DNA from: the human T2T-CHM13v2.0 reference genome, Homo sapiens | NCBI RefSeq assembly: GCF_009914755.1 | Contig: NC_060931.1 | Direction: 5' to 3' (one strand) | DNA: 64,000 bases | Shown here: positions 38,472 through 59,495 of the stretch, one piece after another | How the letters are laid out: every line of letters begins with the position of its first letter | How positions within the stretch are numbered: position 1 is the stretch's first letter | Made by a program: the position numbers and the translations under genes | The notes under the pieces: model-generated | Told to the model about the DNA's origin: nothing | The model's database searches: none | Seen by the model: the letters and a program-made list of their open reading frames with translations, nothing else

Positions 38472-39341
38472 TGAAGTGAGTTTCTTGTAGGCAACACATA
38501 GTTGGGTGTTTTTTTTTAAAATTCATTCAGCCAGTTTATATCTTTTAACAAGGGACTTTAATCCATTTACATTCAAGGTTATTCATGGTAGATGATGACT
38601 TACTCATGTTGTTTTGTATATTGTTTTTGCTTTCTTACTGTTTTTTTTTTTTTTTTTTTTTTTTTTTGCAGTTTGGTGGTCTTCCATAGCGGTAACATTT
38701 GAATCCTTTTTTTTTTTCTCATTTGTATATCTGCCCTACCAGTGAGTTTATACTTTTGTGTATTTTCATGATGGTAATTATTCTTTCACTTCCTGATATA
38801 GGAGTCCCTAAGCTTTTCTTGTAAGGCCAGTCTAGTGGTGATGAATTCCCTCAGTTTTTACTTGTCTGGGACAGGCTTTATTTCTCCTTCATTTCCAGAG
38901 GACAGTTTTGCTTGGTGGTCTTTTTTTTTTTTTTTTTTTCCAGCCCTTAGAATATATCATCCCATTCTCTCCTGGCCTGTGAGGTTTCTGCTGAGAAATC
39001 TGCTGTTATTCTTATGGAGGTTTCCTTACATGTGACGTGATGCTTTTCAATTGCTGTTTTTAGAATTCTCTTTGTCATTGTCTTTTGACAGTTCGACTAT
39101 AATGTGTCTCAAGGTGGCTTTTTTTTTTTTTTGGCATTTAATCCATTTGAGGAATTTTTAGCTTGCTTGATCTGAATGTCCATATCTCTCCCCAAATGTG
39201 GGAAGTTTTCAGCTTTTATTTCATTAAAACCTGTTTACTTTTCCATGCCTTTTCCCACCTGTTCTCCTTCTGGAATTCCTAAATGCAAACATTTGTTCAT
39301 GTAATGGTGTCCCATCATTCCTGTAGGCTTTTTTTCCTACG

Positions 39342-39530
39342 CCTCCTGCTGCTGCTCCTCCTCCTGCTGTTCCTCCTCCTCTCTCCTCTATCCTTTCTTC
39401 CTTCTCCCTTCTCTCTTCTTCTTCTTTTCTTCTTTCTTTTTCTCATCTTCTCCTCTTCCTCTTCCTTCTTCTTTTCCTTTTCTTTTTCTTTTCTCCTTTT
39501 ATTCTTTCTTCTTCTTCCTTCCTTTTTTTT
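39342..39530. repeat. C/T-rich low-complexity tract
   Basis: About 190 nt of almost pure pyrimidine with CTC/CTT units. Confidence 0.9.
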
Positions 39531-41129
39531 GGTCTGACTGGGTCATTTCAAAAGTCCTGTCTTCAAATTCAGACATTGTTTGTTCTCCTTGATCTAGTAT
39601 GTTGTTGAAACTCTGAGTTGTATTTATTTCATTCATCGAATTCCTCACCTTCAAGTTTTCTGTTTGGCTGTTTTTTTGTGATATCTATCTCTCTTGAATT
39701 TCTCATTTAGGTCATGAATTCTTTTCCTGATTTCATTGAATTGTCTATGTGTATTCTCTTGTATCTCTCTGAGTTTCCTTAAGACCATTATTTTAAATTC
39801 TGTTACAGGCCTCGATTTTCCTTTTTCTTTCAGGTCTGTTACTGGAGAATTATTGTGTTTCTTTGGGAGTGTCATGTTTTCTTGCTATTTCATGTTTTTG
39901 TTTTTTACTACATTGATATCTGCACATCTGGTATAACAGTCACCCCTTCCATTTTTATGGAGTAGTTTTCGTAGGGAAAGACTTTCCTGGAGAAGTATTT
40001 TATAGTGTTGGTTGAGTGGGGTGCTTTGACTTGTCCTCTAGACGGGTACAGTAGTGTAGTAGTATAGTAGTGTACATGTGATTTCTTTGGCCATAATCGG
40101 TGCCTGTGGTTCCTATGAGTGCCTCACTGGCCTGGACTGTGGGTGTTTGTGGAGGCAGTGGCATGACTTTGCTAGGGGCAGTATTGCTGGGCTTGCTGGT
40201 CCTTAGACCCTAGGGGAGCTTGTGCTATTTCTGGCAGCTCTGTTGCTTATGGGGGTAGTGTCTTCAGTGGTGCTGGTTTCTGGGCAGAATGGTCCTTGGG
40301 CCTTGAGGGGCCTGAAGGGCACATGGTAGTTCTGCCTGTCGGGAGGTTGAGATGGTTGGCAGTGGTGGACACTGGGGAGCTGGTCCTTGGGCCCTGGCGT
40401 TGTGTCTGTCTTGGGGGTGGTCTCCTTGCTGTACTGCGCTGCCTGTTTTTTTGGACTACAAGGTTCTGCATGGGCTCAGGTGCTTGGATATGGTTGTACT
40501 GCTAGGTATAGCTTGGGTTATGGCATTGTAATCTTTTGTATGGCCATGGAGTGATGGTGGTGGGACCTCAGGAATATGGAGATACAGGGGCTTTGGCTCC
40601 CAGGGCAGGATACACTCTAGCAGTGGTTTTGGTCTCAAAATGACATTGTGTTGTAGCTGCTTGGGTCCCAGGTGGAGGTTCTTGTCCTTTCCCCAGGCCT
40701 GCATCAGGAGAAACTCATTCTCAGGCCCTGTCAGTGTGATTTCCAAGCAAGTGTTCCAGCTGTCGTCACTCACTTTATGAAGTGTCGACGTAGATGACAG
40801 TAACATGGTGTTGACAGTTTGCCTTGTTTGTGTACATTCACAGTTAACATGGTTAAAGCAGCAGAGAGCGTTCTGTCAACCTGTAACTGGAATTGAGTGA
40901 GTTAGGTGCCCAACATCTCTGGGAAGAGTTGAATGATTTCTCTATTCACCCCTCTCTGTTGGGTGTCATGATTTAAAATAAGTTGGAAAATACCACTATA
41001 CATGGTTGAACTCTTAGGAGGAAACCAGTCCTGATTTTGTGATTTTTAAAAATGGATGACTTCATCATAAATGACTAGCCCAGATCTTATTACAGAAGGG
41101 TCTTTTAGAACTTTGCATCTTGTTCCTAG

Positions 41130-41239
41130 GCACCACACCAACCCCGTGGGCACTGAGTGGCGGTGGAAGATGGACCAGCCTGAAATGATCTTGAAGGAAG
41201 CCATTGAAAACCATCAGAACATGATTAAGCAGTTTAAAG
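41130..41239 (+). CDS. TYW1: TYW1 internal coding exon (probably exon 11), 110 nt, phase 2->1
   Basis: ttgttcctAG|GCACCAC...TTTAAAG|GTattt; encodes (R)HHTNPVGTEWRWKMDQPEMILKEAIENHQNMIKQFK(G). Confidence 0.96.
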
Positions 41240-41430
41240 GTATTTATCTTCCCTCTACAAAGGAATGCTAATACCTGTTAATAGTCTGAATCAGATTGGC
41301 AGAAGAATTGCCTCTTTGGTAGGATTTTGTCCCCACTGGCAAATTTTCCTCTAAGGAAGTGAAAACTTTGTAGGAATATTATATATATTTTGCCTTTTTA
41401 GCTTTTACGTCCCATATGATGGAAGAACTA

Positions 41431-41917
<487 letters not shown>

Positions 41918-42100
41918 TTAGTTAGTGATGGGAAAACCGTTTTGAATGAATTCCTTATTTAAAAAAAAGGAGGGATAATATAAATAACAGTTTCTTCCAT
42001 CTAATGCACAGTAATGTGGTAAAAATTCAGCCACTCCATTTTTTTGAATTTCCTGATTTAATTCTGTCTCATATTAACAAATATTGACTTCACTGGAGGT

Positions 42101-42581
42101 TACTGGTTCTCAAACTTTATCATGCATCGGAATCATCTGGAGAGCTTGTTAAAACACAGATTGTTGGTTTCCTTTCCCAGAGATTGGGTCAGTAAGCCCA
42201 AGAGTATGCTTTTTTTTCTTTCTTCTTTTTTTTTTTTGGACCAGATCTCGCTCTGTCACCCAGGCTGGAGTATGTGGTGCCATCTTGGCTCACTGCAACC
42301 TTCACTTCCCAGGATCAGATGATCCTCCCACCTCAGCCTTGCCTCCTGAGTAGTTGGGGCTACAGGCACGGGCCACCACACCTGGCTAATTTTTTGTGAA
42401 GATGGGGTCTAGCCATGTTGTCCAGGCTGGTCTCAAACTCTTGGACTCAAGCCATCCACCCACTTTGGCCTCCCAAATTGCTGGGATTACAGGTGTGAGC
42501 CACCTGAGAATGTGCATTTCTAACAGGTTTCTGGTTGGTGTTGATGTTGTTCAACTGGGGACCATGCTTTGAGAACCACTA
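42101..42581. mobile_element. MER5A split by an AluJ
   Basis: tggttctcaaactt...gaatcatctggagagcttgttaaaacacagatt ... gcatttctaaca...ctttgagaaccact. Confidence 0.8.
42210..42505 (-). mobile_element. AluJ
   Basis: Antisense dimer inside MER5A. Confidence 0.9.
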
Positions 42582-42910
42582 CTGTACATGTGATGTCTTC
42601 ATAAAGCAACAGCTGTAGGTGATGAATTGGAATTTGTTAGGTTCCCTGTTGAATCTCTATGCTCTGGTCTCTACCTACCACTGGTGATTCCTTCTCTCCT
42701 GTATTCTTCTTTTCCGTCATATGCAACCATTAAAAAATAGTCCCAGCCAAGACTGTTTTAATATAGACACTCTTAAGGTATTAATAGCGCATATGGGAGT
42801 CTTTAGAAACCTCAGTAATTAGCATTCTGAAGATCAGATGATTCTTTCACGTAAGGAAATTTGTTCTGTTCTGGCCACTCATTCGTAATATTATAATACT
42901 CCTTACCACT

Positions 42911-43278
42911 TGATATGGTTAGGCTTTGTTCCCCTCACCCAAATCTCATCTTGAATTGTAATCTCCATAATCCCCATAATCCCTATGCGTTGAGAGAGAC
43001 CAGGTGGAGGTAATTGAAATGTGGGGGCTGTTTCCCCCATGGTGTTCTCATGATAGTGAGTGAGTTCTCACGAGATCTGATGGTTTTATGAGGGGCTCTT
43101 CCCCCTTTGCTCTGCACTTCTCCTTCCTGCTGCCTTGTGAAGGAGGTGCCTTGCTTCCCCTTTGCCTTCCGCTGTGATTGTAAATTTCCTGTGGCCTCCC
43201 CAGCCATGCTGAACTGCGAATCAATTAAACCTCTTTTCCTTTATAAATTACCCTGTCTCCGGCAGTTCTTTATAGCAG
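42911..43278 (+). mobile_element. THE1D-like MaLR solo LTR
   Basis: tgatatggttaggctttg...aattaaacctctttt...gcagtatgaaaatggg. Confidence 0.85.
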
Positions 43279-43379
43279 TATGAAAATGGGCTCATACTTA
43301 TTTCTCATTTTTATGAGAAATGGAGAAAAGTCATGCAAATAATGGTTCAAGATCAGTAGTAATTTATAAAAGATAATTA

Positions 43380-43684
<305 letters not shown>

Positions 43685-44088
43685 TTAGTCAATAATTATA
43701 CTTTTTTTCTTTATGAATTTTCTAGGGAAAGTTGACCTGTACATATTTGTGTGTATCTGTAGATAGGCTGACTTTTTTTTGTACATTTACAAAGAAGCTA
43801 ATGATTATTTTAATTTCTCATCTTGATTTTTAGTTTCAAGCATTTTTCGATGGCGGGAGGTGGGGTACAAGTTACATTCTTATACTTGGATAAAGCAGTG
43901 TCTCTTACCAGTGTTTTGGAAAATTAAATGAAACTGTTGGTAAAGAACTAGTAAGCCCCACATCTGGAATTTGACTGGCTTTTCCTAGACTCATTGTTGG
44001 TTTAGTTAATAATTGATTGTTGATCTTCAAGTAAGCTATGTGTCTTTTTAATAAATTTCAAGGCAAAGTCTTATTTTCCTTTGGAGAG

Positions 44089-44560
44089 TGTGTTAGGGTT
44101 CTCCAGAAAAACAGAACCAGTGGGTGTATGTGTATGTGTATGTGTATGTGAATGTGTGTGAGGGGAGAGAGAGAGAGACAGAAAGAGAGACTGAGATTGA
44201 GATTCATTTGTTCATTTTTAGGAGTTGGCTCATGTATTTGTGGAGGCTTGGTGAGTTCAACATCTCATGGGTTGACTGGGAGGTTGGAGACTCAGGGAAG
44301 AGTGGGAGTTCAAGTTCAAAGGCATTATCCTGGCAGAATTCCTTCTTGCTTGGAACAGGTCAATCTTTTTATATTAAAGCCTTCAAATGATTGGATGAGG
44401 TCCATCCACATTATGACGGGCAATCTACTTTACTGAAAGCCCAGCAATTTAAATGTTAATCTCATCCAAAACACCTCCACAGAAACATCCAGAATAATGG
44501 CTGAACAAATATCTGGACGCCGTGACCCAGACAGGTTGACACATAAAATTAACCATCACA
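44089..44560 (-). mobile_element. MLT2 (ERVL) solo LTR with internal TG/GA microsatellite
   Basis: tgtgttagggttctccagaaaaacagaacc...cataaaattaaccatcaca; near-TSD GAGAG/GATAG. Confidence 0.85.
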
Positions 44561-45279
44561 GATAGTAATATCAGAAGCAGGAAATGCCAGTACTTTTATT
44601 TTTATATGAAGTTGATTTTTGAGTTAGTGCTTAAGGAGCTAATGGGACGATGACTGAGGATGTGTGTTTCCTGGACATCCTGGAGTCTCCCTGAATGAAC
44701 TGTGTCTCGGGCAGTTTGTGTGAGGAGGAATCAGCTCTGCCTTGAAGAATAGACACCTTCATTTCTTTATGCTGAAATGTCCTTCCTACAGAATGACGAT
44801 CTGAGTTTGGATAGTAATTTTTCTGACAGGAGCGTTTTTGCAAATGCACTTTAAATGGAAATATGTAATGAATAAACCATGAGGTAGACTTTGTTGATTT
44901 TAATAAAATGTGTTAGGTGAGTTCCGTGAGCACGTGTTTTTCATTGTCTGCTGGGCCTGTTGAGGGTCCTGTCCTGTGCAGAAAGGGGTGTCCAATAGTG
45001 ACCTTAGGCTTAACGTTAATCAGCAGGCATCTCAAATGGTTTGTCTATGGGTTCTTATGATGTGAGGAAAACAAAAGAGTTTTAAAATTTATATTCTCTT
45101 GAGGGATGATAGGATGCAGGATAGCAGAGAGAAAGAATAGAGCACGTCTATGGATGCGTGAATCCTGAGTAGGCATTAGAATGCATAAGATGGAAGGAAT
45201 GATCCCCAGAAATTCAACAACTGCCACCAATTTCATTCTTAAAAATGGTATTTATACAGTATCTATTTTACCCTGGTAA

Positions 45280-45863
<584 letters not shown>

Positions 45864-46227
45864 TCTCATTTGTTATACATTTTCACAATGAATGAGAGAT
45901 CCCTTAATTTGTAATTTTGGGGCCTTGATGACTATTTGTTTAATGCTTTTTTCTGTGTTCTAAGTTAGGTTAAACAAGCCATTATTTTTGAAAATCCATC
46001 TTATTGCTATAATAGTCATAGTAAATATTGCTGTAAAATTATGATAATAGAAAAGAAAAAAAAAACCCTAATTAGTAAAGGGTAAAGTGCATAATTTGTA
46101 AGAATCCAGAGCCCTTCTGGAAAACTGGTGGTAGTCTGTAACACTTCAAAGAAAAAAATGTTATGTGATTTCTTTTAAAATGATAACTTTGACAGCATTA
46201 TAGAATTTTAGTACTTCAGAATATTGA

Positions 46228-46569
<342 letters not shown>

Positions 46570-46772
46570 TTAATTTTCATTTTAATAATATTGTATCTAT
46601 GGGAATACAAATTTCAGGCTTAAACAGAAATGCTTACGAACAGATTTCTTGTATAAATGGCAATTATAGTCAATTTCAAAGGCTTGAAGGCATTTCCTTC
46701 GTAGTTTGTGATATTCCTGGTATCTCCACTTTGGCCTCTTTTTGGAGGTCCACTCTTAGCTCATTAATTATT

Positions 46773-47184
<412 letters not shown>

Positions 47185-48373
47185 TTACCTCACTCTGGCT
47201 TGGAGAGTCCTTTGCTTTCTAGGGTGAGTTCCCACCCCATGACAAAGAACGCCTGCCGTCTGTCCTGGGTCTGGTTCAGTTGTGTGAAAGGTGGAACTGG
47301 CTGTGGGGATTGTTGCTTATTGTCTGAGTTCCCCAACTGGAGCTACGTGGCCAGTCCTGAGCAGCTTTGGAAGATAATTCCTGATGTTTTCAATGCTTGT
47401 CTTTTGTGTTCTTAATTCTGAGGGCAATCATTGTCTTTTCAGTTATTTCACTGAGTTATAAAAATATCTTTCTTTTCCTGACCTTTATTAGCGTTCCTTT
47501 TATATACATACAAAATTAACTTTGCATTGATTAAAAGTGGGTCAGAATTTCAGTGCCACTCAGCGTCTATTCAAAATGCTGCCTGCCCCCTTCTAAGTAC
47601 TACCATGGCAGGGAGAAATAGTTCCCAGAAAATGGGGCTGAGGTTTCTTTAGCTCAATTTTCCACCCGTTCAGCAAACATCAAGTGATTGCACCGTCTTT
47701 GTCAGGAACGTCCTCGGTACTAAAGCTGCAAAGATGAAAAAGACATCATTTATTGCTAGGTGTTTTTATCTATACTTTAGGCTAGAAGCAAAGTACTGCA
47801 AGACATAAAAGATCTCCAACAGATGGTTTTCACAAGCTAGGTATGCTAACATACACATCATAAAGAAAATGTGAAGGTGGGGAAGAGAACACCACCTGTT
47901 AATTGTTTTCAGAAACTAATTTATGAAAAACCTCAAGTGGAGTATCTATATCAAACAGGTATTATTTATGACTTTTAGTCAGGGCAGGTCGTTGGGAAGA
48001 TTTTTGGCCAGGAACTGCATTGTTATGAGAAGAAAGAAGAGAATGTTTTATTTCTGATCGGCCCAAACTTTAGAAATAGGAATATACTGAGCATTACATC
48101 ATGTTTATTTGTGTGTTATTTGGTTTATCGCTATGACATTAGGATGAAAATTTTCGGATCTTAAGTTCTGGCTTTGTCATCTTTCAATGAGATGAAGTCC
48201 GCTTGTTAGTTACTCTGCTGACTGTAATTGTGATTATCCAAGATCAGGAAGGTGTTCAGAATAAGAAAAATGTCAGAAAACTTGCTTAACCAAAAAACCC
48301 AAAGAATTAGAATAACAAAGCAGAGTTTAGTTGTGAAAGGGTTAAGATTTGGGCACCATGAAGAGAACAGATC

Positions 48374-48421
48374 GTGTGTGTGCATGTGCGTGTATGTGTG
48401 CCTGTGTGTGTGTGTGAGTGT
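48374..48421. repeat. Imperfect (TG)n tract
   Basis: gtgtgtgtgcatgtgcgtgtatgtgtgcctgtgtgtgtgtgtgagtgt. Confidence 0.9.
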
Positions 48422-48528
48422 CAGATAATGGGAAACAGCACTATCGATTTGCTGTTGAAATGTCCTGTGTCTCATGTGGACTCTTTCTTTCTTCTCCAGG
48501 AATCCTTTCCATTAGAAATTTAGAGGCT

Positions 48529-49274
48529 ATTACCAGAGAAATGCAAATCAAAACCACAGTAAGATACCATCTCATACCAGTTGGAATGGTGATCATTAAA
48601 AAGTCAGGAAACAACAGGTGCTGGAGAGGATGTGGAGAAATAGGAACACTTTTACACTGTTGATGGGACTGTAAACTAGTTCAACCATTGTGGAAGACAG
48701 TGTGGCGATTCCTCAAGGATCTAGAACTAGAAATACCATTTGACCCAGCCATCCCATTACTGGGTGTATACCCAAAGGATTATAAATCATGCTGTTATAA
48801 AGACACATGTACACGTATGTTTATTGCAGCACTATTCACAATAGCAAAGACTTGGAACCAACCCAAGTGTCCATCAATGATAGACTGGATTAAGAAAATG
48901 TGGCACATATACACCATGGAATACTATGCAGCCATAAAAAAGGATGAATTCATGTTTTTTTTAGGGACATGGATGAAGCTGGAAACCATCATTCTGAGTA
49001 AACTATCACAAGGACAGAAAACCAAACACTGCATGTTCTCACTCATAGGTGGGAACTGAACAATGAGAACACTTAGACATAGGAAGGGGAACATCACACA
49101 TCGGGGCCTGTCATGGGTTGGGGGGAGGGGGGAGGGATAGCATTAGGAGATACACCTAATGTAAATGACGAGTTAACGGGTACAGCACGCCAACGTGGCA
49201 CATGTTTACATATGTAACAAACCTGCACATTGCTCACATGTACCCTAGAACTTAAAGTATAATAATAATAAAAA
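48529..49274 (+). mobile_element. 5'-truncated primate L1PA (L1PA4/5-like): ORF2 C-terminus plus 3'UTR
   Basis: [23 protein letters not shown]...MFSLIGGN* homology; G-rich 3'UTR; AATAAA 49267-49272; 15-bp TSD AGAAATTTAGAGGCT at 48514-48528 and 49275-49289. Confidence 0.95.
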
Positions 49275-49744
49275 AGAAATTTAGAGGCTGTTTCAATTTC
49301 TGTCATATTTCCTTGAGGACAGTGCAAGAAGACATGAAGTGGAGTCCTTGAGGCTTTGTTTTTGGGAGGACCAGTGTAACAGCCTCTGGCAGAGAGCAAG
49401 AAATAAATAGAAACATGCTCTTATGAAGGAGAGAACCAAGGTTTTACATAAGCTTTTCAATATCTTACTTGTGAGAGAATCAGGATAACTTTAAAATCTA
49501 AGAATCCATTACTTTAAAAAGTTGATCATCAAGAATTTTTTTTGTCTTGTATTTTGTTTGTTTTTGTGATTGTCTAAATGGGGGAATATGATTATGATAT
49601 TTTTATTTGTAGCTTTCTGGAAAGGATGGCTTTGGTGTCTTTGCTTCTAGGTTTCCTCCTGTCCTCGTGGCTGCTCTGTGGTAGTGCCCTTTGTTGATCC
49701 CTCTTCCTCTCCCCAGAACTGTGAGTGTTGTACGACTCAGTCCG

Positions 49745-50876
<1,132 letters not shown>

Positions 50877-50914
50877 TAATAATAATTGAATTTATTTTTC
50901 AGTTCACAAAATAA

Positions 50915-51180
50915 AAACATTTGCAGCTAGCACGTTTTGAATGTGTATGTTGGGCCTGGCACCCCATTAAGTATTTCATGTAGCTTATTTCATTTAATTG
51001 TTATAATAGCTGTATGTGTGTGTGTAAAATCTCCATTTTAAAGATCAGGGAATGGGCTTGGAGAGGGTGAGAGAGGCTTGACCAAGGATATAAAACTACC
51101 TTCGCGGTGGAGCTAGAGTGTGAACCCGGTGCATCTGAATCCCAGTGGCCAGGGCCTAGCCGATGCTCCTTCCACTTTCT
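50915..51180. mobile_element. MIR
   Basis: ctccattttaaagatcagggaa...gagaggcttgaccaagg. Confidence 0.55.
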
Positions 51181-51549
51181 GAGTTTTAGGTTGGTTTTGG
51201 AGTTCAGGTTCAACCTGCCTTTCTACTCAGCTGCTCATGGTGCGGATTATAGTTAATGATATGCTTTTTGAAAAGCAAATGTTATGCTTAATGCTGAGTT
51301 GTCTTGGCAACGTAGAATGAGCTTAAGGATCAAATTTTATTTGAAAACCTTGTTTTACTTGAGTTAAGATCTTAGATTTCAATAACCTAAAAAATTATTC
51401 ATCCATCCAAAAATACTGACACGAAATACATTCTTACAATTGCAGTTACATAGTCATAAAAGAAGACATCACCTGTCATGCTTAGATTGTTCTCATTTTG
51501 GTCTGTACTCTGTTGCTTTGATCTCTTGGGGATTTACTTGCACTTTGTG

Positions 51550-52300
51550 TTTTATTTTATTTATTATTTTGTATTAGGGGTACATGTGCATGTTATTTAC
51601 ATCGGTGTATTGTGTACTGCGGGAATTAGGCTTCTTGCATACCCATTACTCAAATAGTGAACATTGTACCTGATAGGTAATTTTTCAACTCTCACCCCGT
51701 CCCATCCTCTTTTGGAGTCTCTAGTCTCTATTATTTCCATCTTTAGGTCCGTGTGTACCCATTGGTTAGTTCCCACTTAAAAGTGAGAACGTGTGATATT
51801 TGATGTTCTGTTTTTTAGTTCACCTAGGATGATGGCCTCCAGCTTCATCCATGTTCCTGTAAAGGACATGATTTTGTTCGTTTTTATGGCTGCATAGTAT
51901 TCCATGGTGTATATGTACCATATTTTCTTTATCCAGTCAACCGTTGATGGACACTTAGGTCATGGTTTCATGACTTTTAGCTATTGTGAATAGTGCTGCG
52001 ATGAACATACGAGTGGGTACAGGTTTTTTTTTAATATAATGATTTCTTTTCCTTTGGTTAGATACCCGGTAATGGGTTGCTAGGTTGGATGGTAGTTCTA
52101 TTTTTAGTTCTTTGAGAAATCTCTCTATAGAGGTTGAACTAATTTACATCCCCACCAACAGTGTGTAATCCATGCCAATTCTGTTGTTTTGCTTTAATAA
52201 TAGCCATTCTGACTAGTATAAGATGATATCCCATTGTAATTTTAATTTGCATTTCTCTGCAAATGATTATTAGTAATGCTGAGTGTTTTTTTCACGTAAC
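51550..52300 (-). mobile_element. Older L1PA/L1PB 3' fragment
   Basis: ggggtacatgtgca..., tttttatggctgcatagtattccatggtgtatatgtacca. Confidence 0.85.
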
Positions 52301-52348
52301 TTACACTTTCGTATTTCTAAGGTGTGGGAGGAAGAGAGAGAGAGAATT

Positions 52349-52351
<3 letters not shown>

Positions 52352-52389
<38 letters not shown>
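52352..52389. repeat. (GT)19 microsatellite
   Basis: Seen directly. Confidence 0.95.
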
Positions 52390-52390
<1 letters not shown>

Positions 52391-52679
52391 AAGCACAGCT
52401 GACACCAATACCTTAACTTAAACATACCCAGAGAATGACTGTATGTTCTAAGAAGAATGTGTGTTCTGAGCTCTGAACTAGGAGATCCAGGAGTGGCCAA
52501 CCTGGGGATTCATTCTCTTTGTTTTTTTATTTTGGACAGATCATTCTCTATCTATGAGGAACATCTGAATCCCTAGCGCTTCCTGTGGAATGCAGGTTGT
52601 ACAGGGGATCAAGGCCCGTTGTTTTGGGTTAAATAAAGTGGTGCCTGGTGGAGATTGCTGGTGGGGGGGTACTAAGTGA

Positions 52680-53066
<387 letters not shown>

Positions 53067-53102
53067 TGAGTTTGTGAGTCCCTTCAATAAACCCTATGTC
53101 TT

Positions 53103-53628
<526 letters not shown>

Positions 53629-53654
53629 TCAGTTTCATAAACGAGGATAAAGGT

Positions 53655-53800
53655 GGTAATAGCAAATCGTTAATGAACGTTTCTTGTGTGCCAGACACTC
53701 CGCTAAGGCCTTTACATGCATTATCTCATTTAATCCCAACAAAAATTCTTCAAGGTACTTACCATTCACAGGTAAGAAAGTTATGTTTCAAAGATGGCCA
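53655..53800. mobile_element. MIR
   Basis: tgtgccagacactccgctaaggcctttacatgcattatctcatttaatcc. Confidence 0.7.
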
Positions 53801-53805
53801 ATAAT

Positions 53806-54185
<380 letters not shown>

Positions 54186-54269
54186 CTATCCTGCAGAGAG
54201 AATATATTCTTCAAAAGGAACCTAGAAATCATTGATTTAGAACTATCAGGAGTCAAGGTGATATATATT

Positions 54270-54492
54270 TTTTCTTTGTTTTTTTTTTAACTCTTAAGTT
54301 CAGGGGTACAAGTGCAGGTTTGTTACATAGGTAAACTTGTGTCATGGGGGTTTGTTGTACAGATTATTTCATCACCCAGGTATTAAGCCCAGTACCCATT
54401 AGTTGTTTTTCCTGATCCTCTCCCTTCTCCCACCCTCCACCCTCTGATAGGCCCCAGTGTGTGTCATTCCCCTCTATGTGTTCATGTGTTCT
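54270..54492 (-). mobile_element. L1PA 3'UTR fragment
   Basis: ttaagttcaggggtacaagtgcaggtttgttacataggtaaac. Confidence 0.85.
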
Positions 54493-54617
54493 TAGGATAC
54501 ATATTTTTGCCTATTTACACTCTTTCCGAGTCTTTCGCATTCTCTGTTAGACTGAAGGACTTTTAGGACAGCATATCTTGTAATGCCTTCTACATTGAGT
54601 CAAGAGCAGTACCTGAC

Positions 54618-55790
<1,173 letters not shown>

Positions 55791-56238
55791 AGGTCTCTTC
55801 TTTTTCTCTCCTATACAGCTTTGGACCAACTACATTTACTTTCCCAGTTCAGGATACTTGAGGAATGATTGGTCTAGAAGAAGCTTGTTCTTATGCAGAT
55901 ATACTGAGTTCATTTTCTTGGATCAACATGAAAGAATGCAAAGCTAAGCAAATTATGCAAAGGGACTTATTCTGCATTCCAAATAATTAGCTAACAAAGC
56001 TAGTTTTGCCTGTTTGTATTGATGTAGTTTAACTGGTACCAAAACTAAGAATGAGGTTACTGACTGATTTTTCTGATTTAATAATTCTAGTCCTGCCCTG
56101 CCCTTTAGCCTTTGTTTTGTATTCTTTGGTATCAAAAATGAATTTGCTCTATAAAATCAAAGCATCATTAAGAAAAACGTAAGTGACATCCTCTATCTGT
56201 GCCTTATGTAGCTGGGTCCTTCTCACTGTATTCTCCAG

Positions 56239-56416
56239 GAGTACCGGGCGTCAAAGCAGAACGCTTTGAAGAAGGAATGACGGTAAAGCACTGTGCATTG
56301 TCCCTCGTGGGAGAACCAATAATGTACCCAGAGATCAACAGGTTTTTGAAGCTACTCCACCAGTGTAAAATTTCCAGCTTCCTGGTCACAAACGCACAAT
56401 TTCCTGCGGAAATCAG
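56239..56416 (+). CDS. TYW1: TYW1 internal coding exon (probably exon 12), 178 nt, phase 1->2
   Basis: ttctccAG|GAGTACCG...ATCAG|GTgagt; encodes (G)VPGVKAERFEEGMTVKHCALSLVGEPIMYPEINRFLKLLHQCKISSFLVTNAQFPAEI(R), with the radical-SAM GEP and TN motifs. Confidence 0.96.
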
Positions 56417-56685
56417 GTGAGTTCTCCAGCCTATGGAGAGATGCTGCTTGAATCTATGTTTCACTGCAAAGTAAAACTAATAGGCATTAATGCAATCAAA
56501 TAGGATTTATTGATTACTTACTACATACAAATGTTGGGCTTTGGGAGGTGAAGATGGTCCTGCTCTTCAAAATCTGTTCTATTAGGCACAACAACATTAG
56601 TAAAAAGACTAGAGGCACAGATACATCGCTAGGGGAATTCAAAAGAGAATGAATTTTTTTTTTCCAAATGGGAGAGGCAGGGTAA

Positions 56686-57729
<1,044 letters not shown>

Positions 57730-58247
57730 CTAGGTATGATTGGCAAACTGCTTGTATGGCTTTGAGAGGCTAGCGGAGAAGAGGACTAGGTAATTACACT
57801 GAGGGTTCCAGCCATGTTGATTGCTAGGATTATGGGGCCCCATAACAGCAGAGGGCTCTTGTAAGGAAGGGTCAGGTTTAGGTGGTAGGATGATGAGGTT
57901 GGGTTGGATGACTTAAGGGAGGGCTCTCCTTATAGGGATGATCAAAGGCATCTCCTGGGGCCTCTGGGGAAATGATCTGTTTTTGTGTCATACTGGGACT
58001 AGGCACACGCTGTAACACCAAAAGTATTACAAAATTTACTCATCCGTTATGTATTGGTGTTTTCCCCGATTAGACTGCAAGTTCCTTGAGGTCAAGACCT
58101 CTGCTTATTTATCTCGGTGCATTTTTTGCCTGGCGCACTAAAGGTGCTCAGTACATGGGTAGTGAAATATTGGGGAAATAGGAAAAAAAAAAAGATCTTT
58201 TTGAATTCAAGTTTGTTTCGTAAACACTGGCCAATAAAGTATAAGAT

Positions 58248-59495
<1,248 letters not shown>

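Noticed and set aside
39283-39537. Leu/Phe/Ser-rich 'membrane protein' ORF
   Set aside because: Product of the C/T low-complexity tract.
48688-49059. 123-aa ORF nearly identical to the L1 ORF2p C-terminus
   Set aside because: Fragment of a ~750-bp truncated L1 with a non-ATG start and an upstream in-frame TGA; cannot encode active ORF2p.
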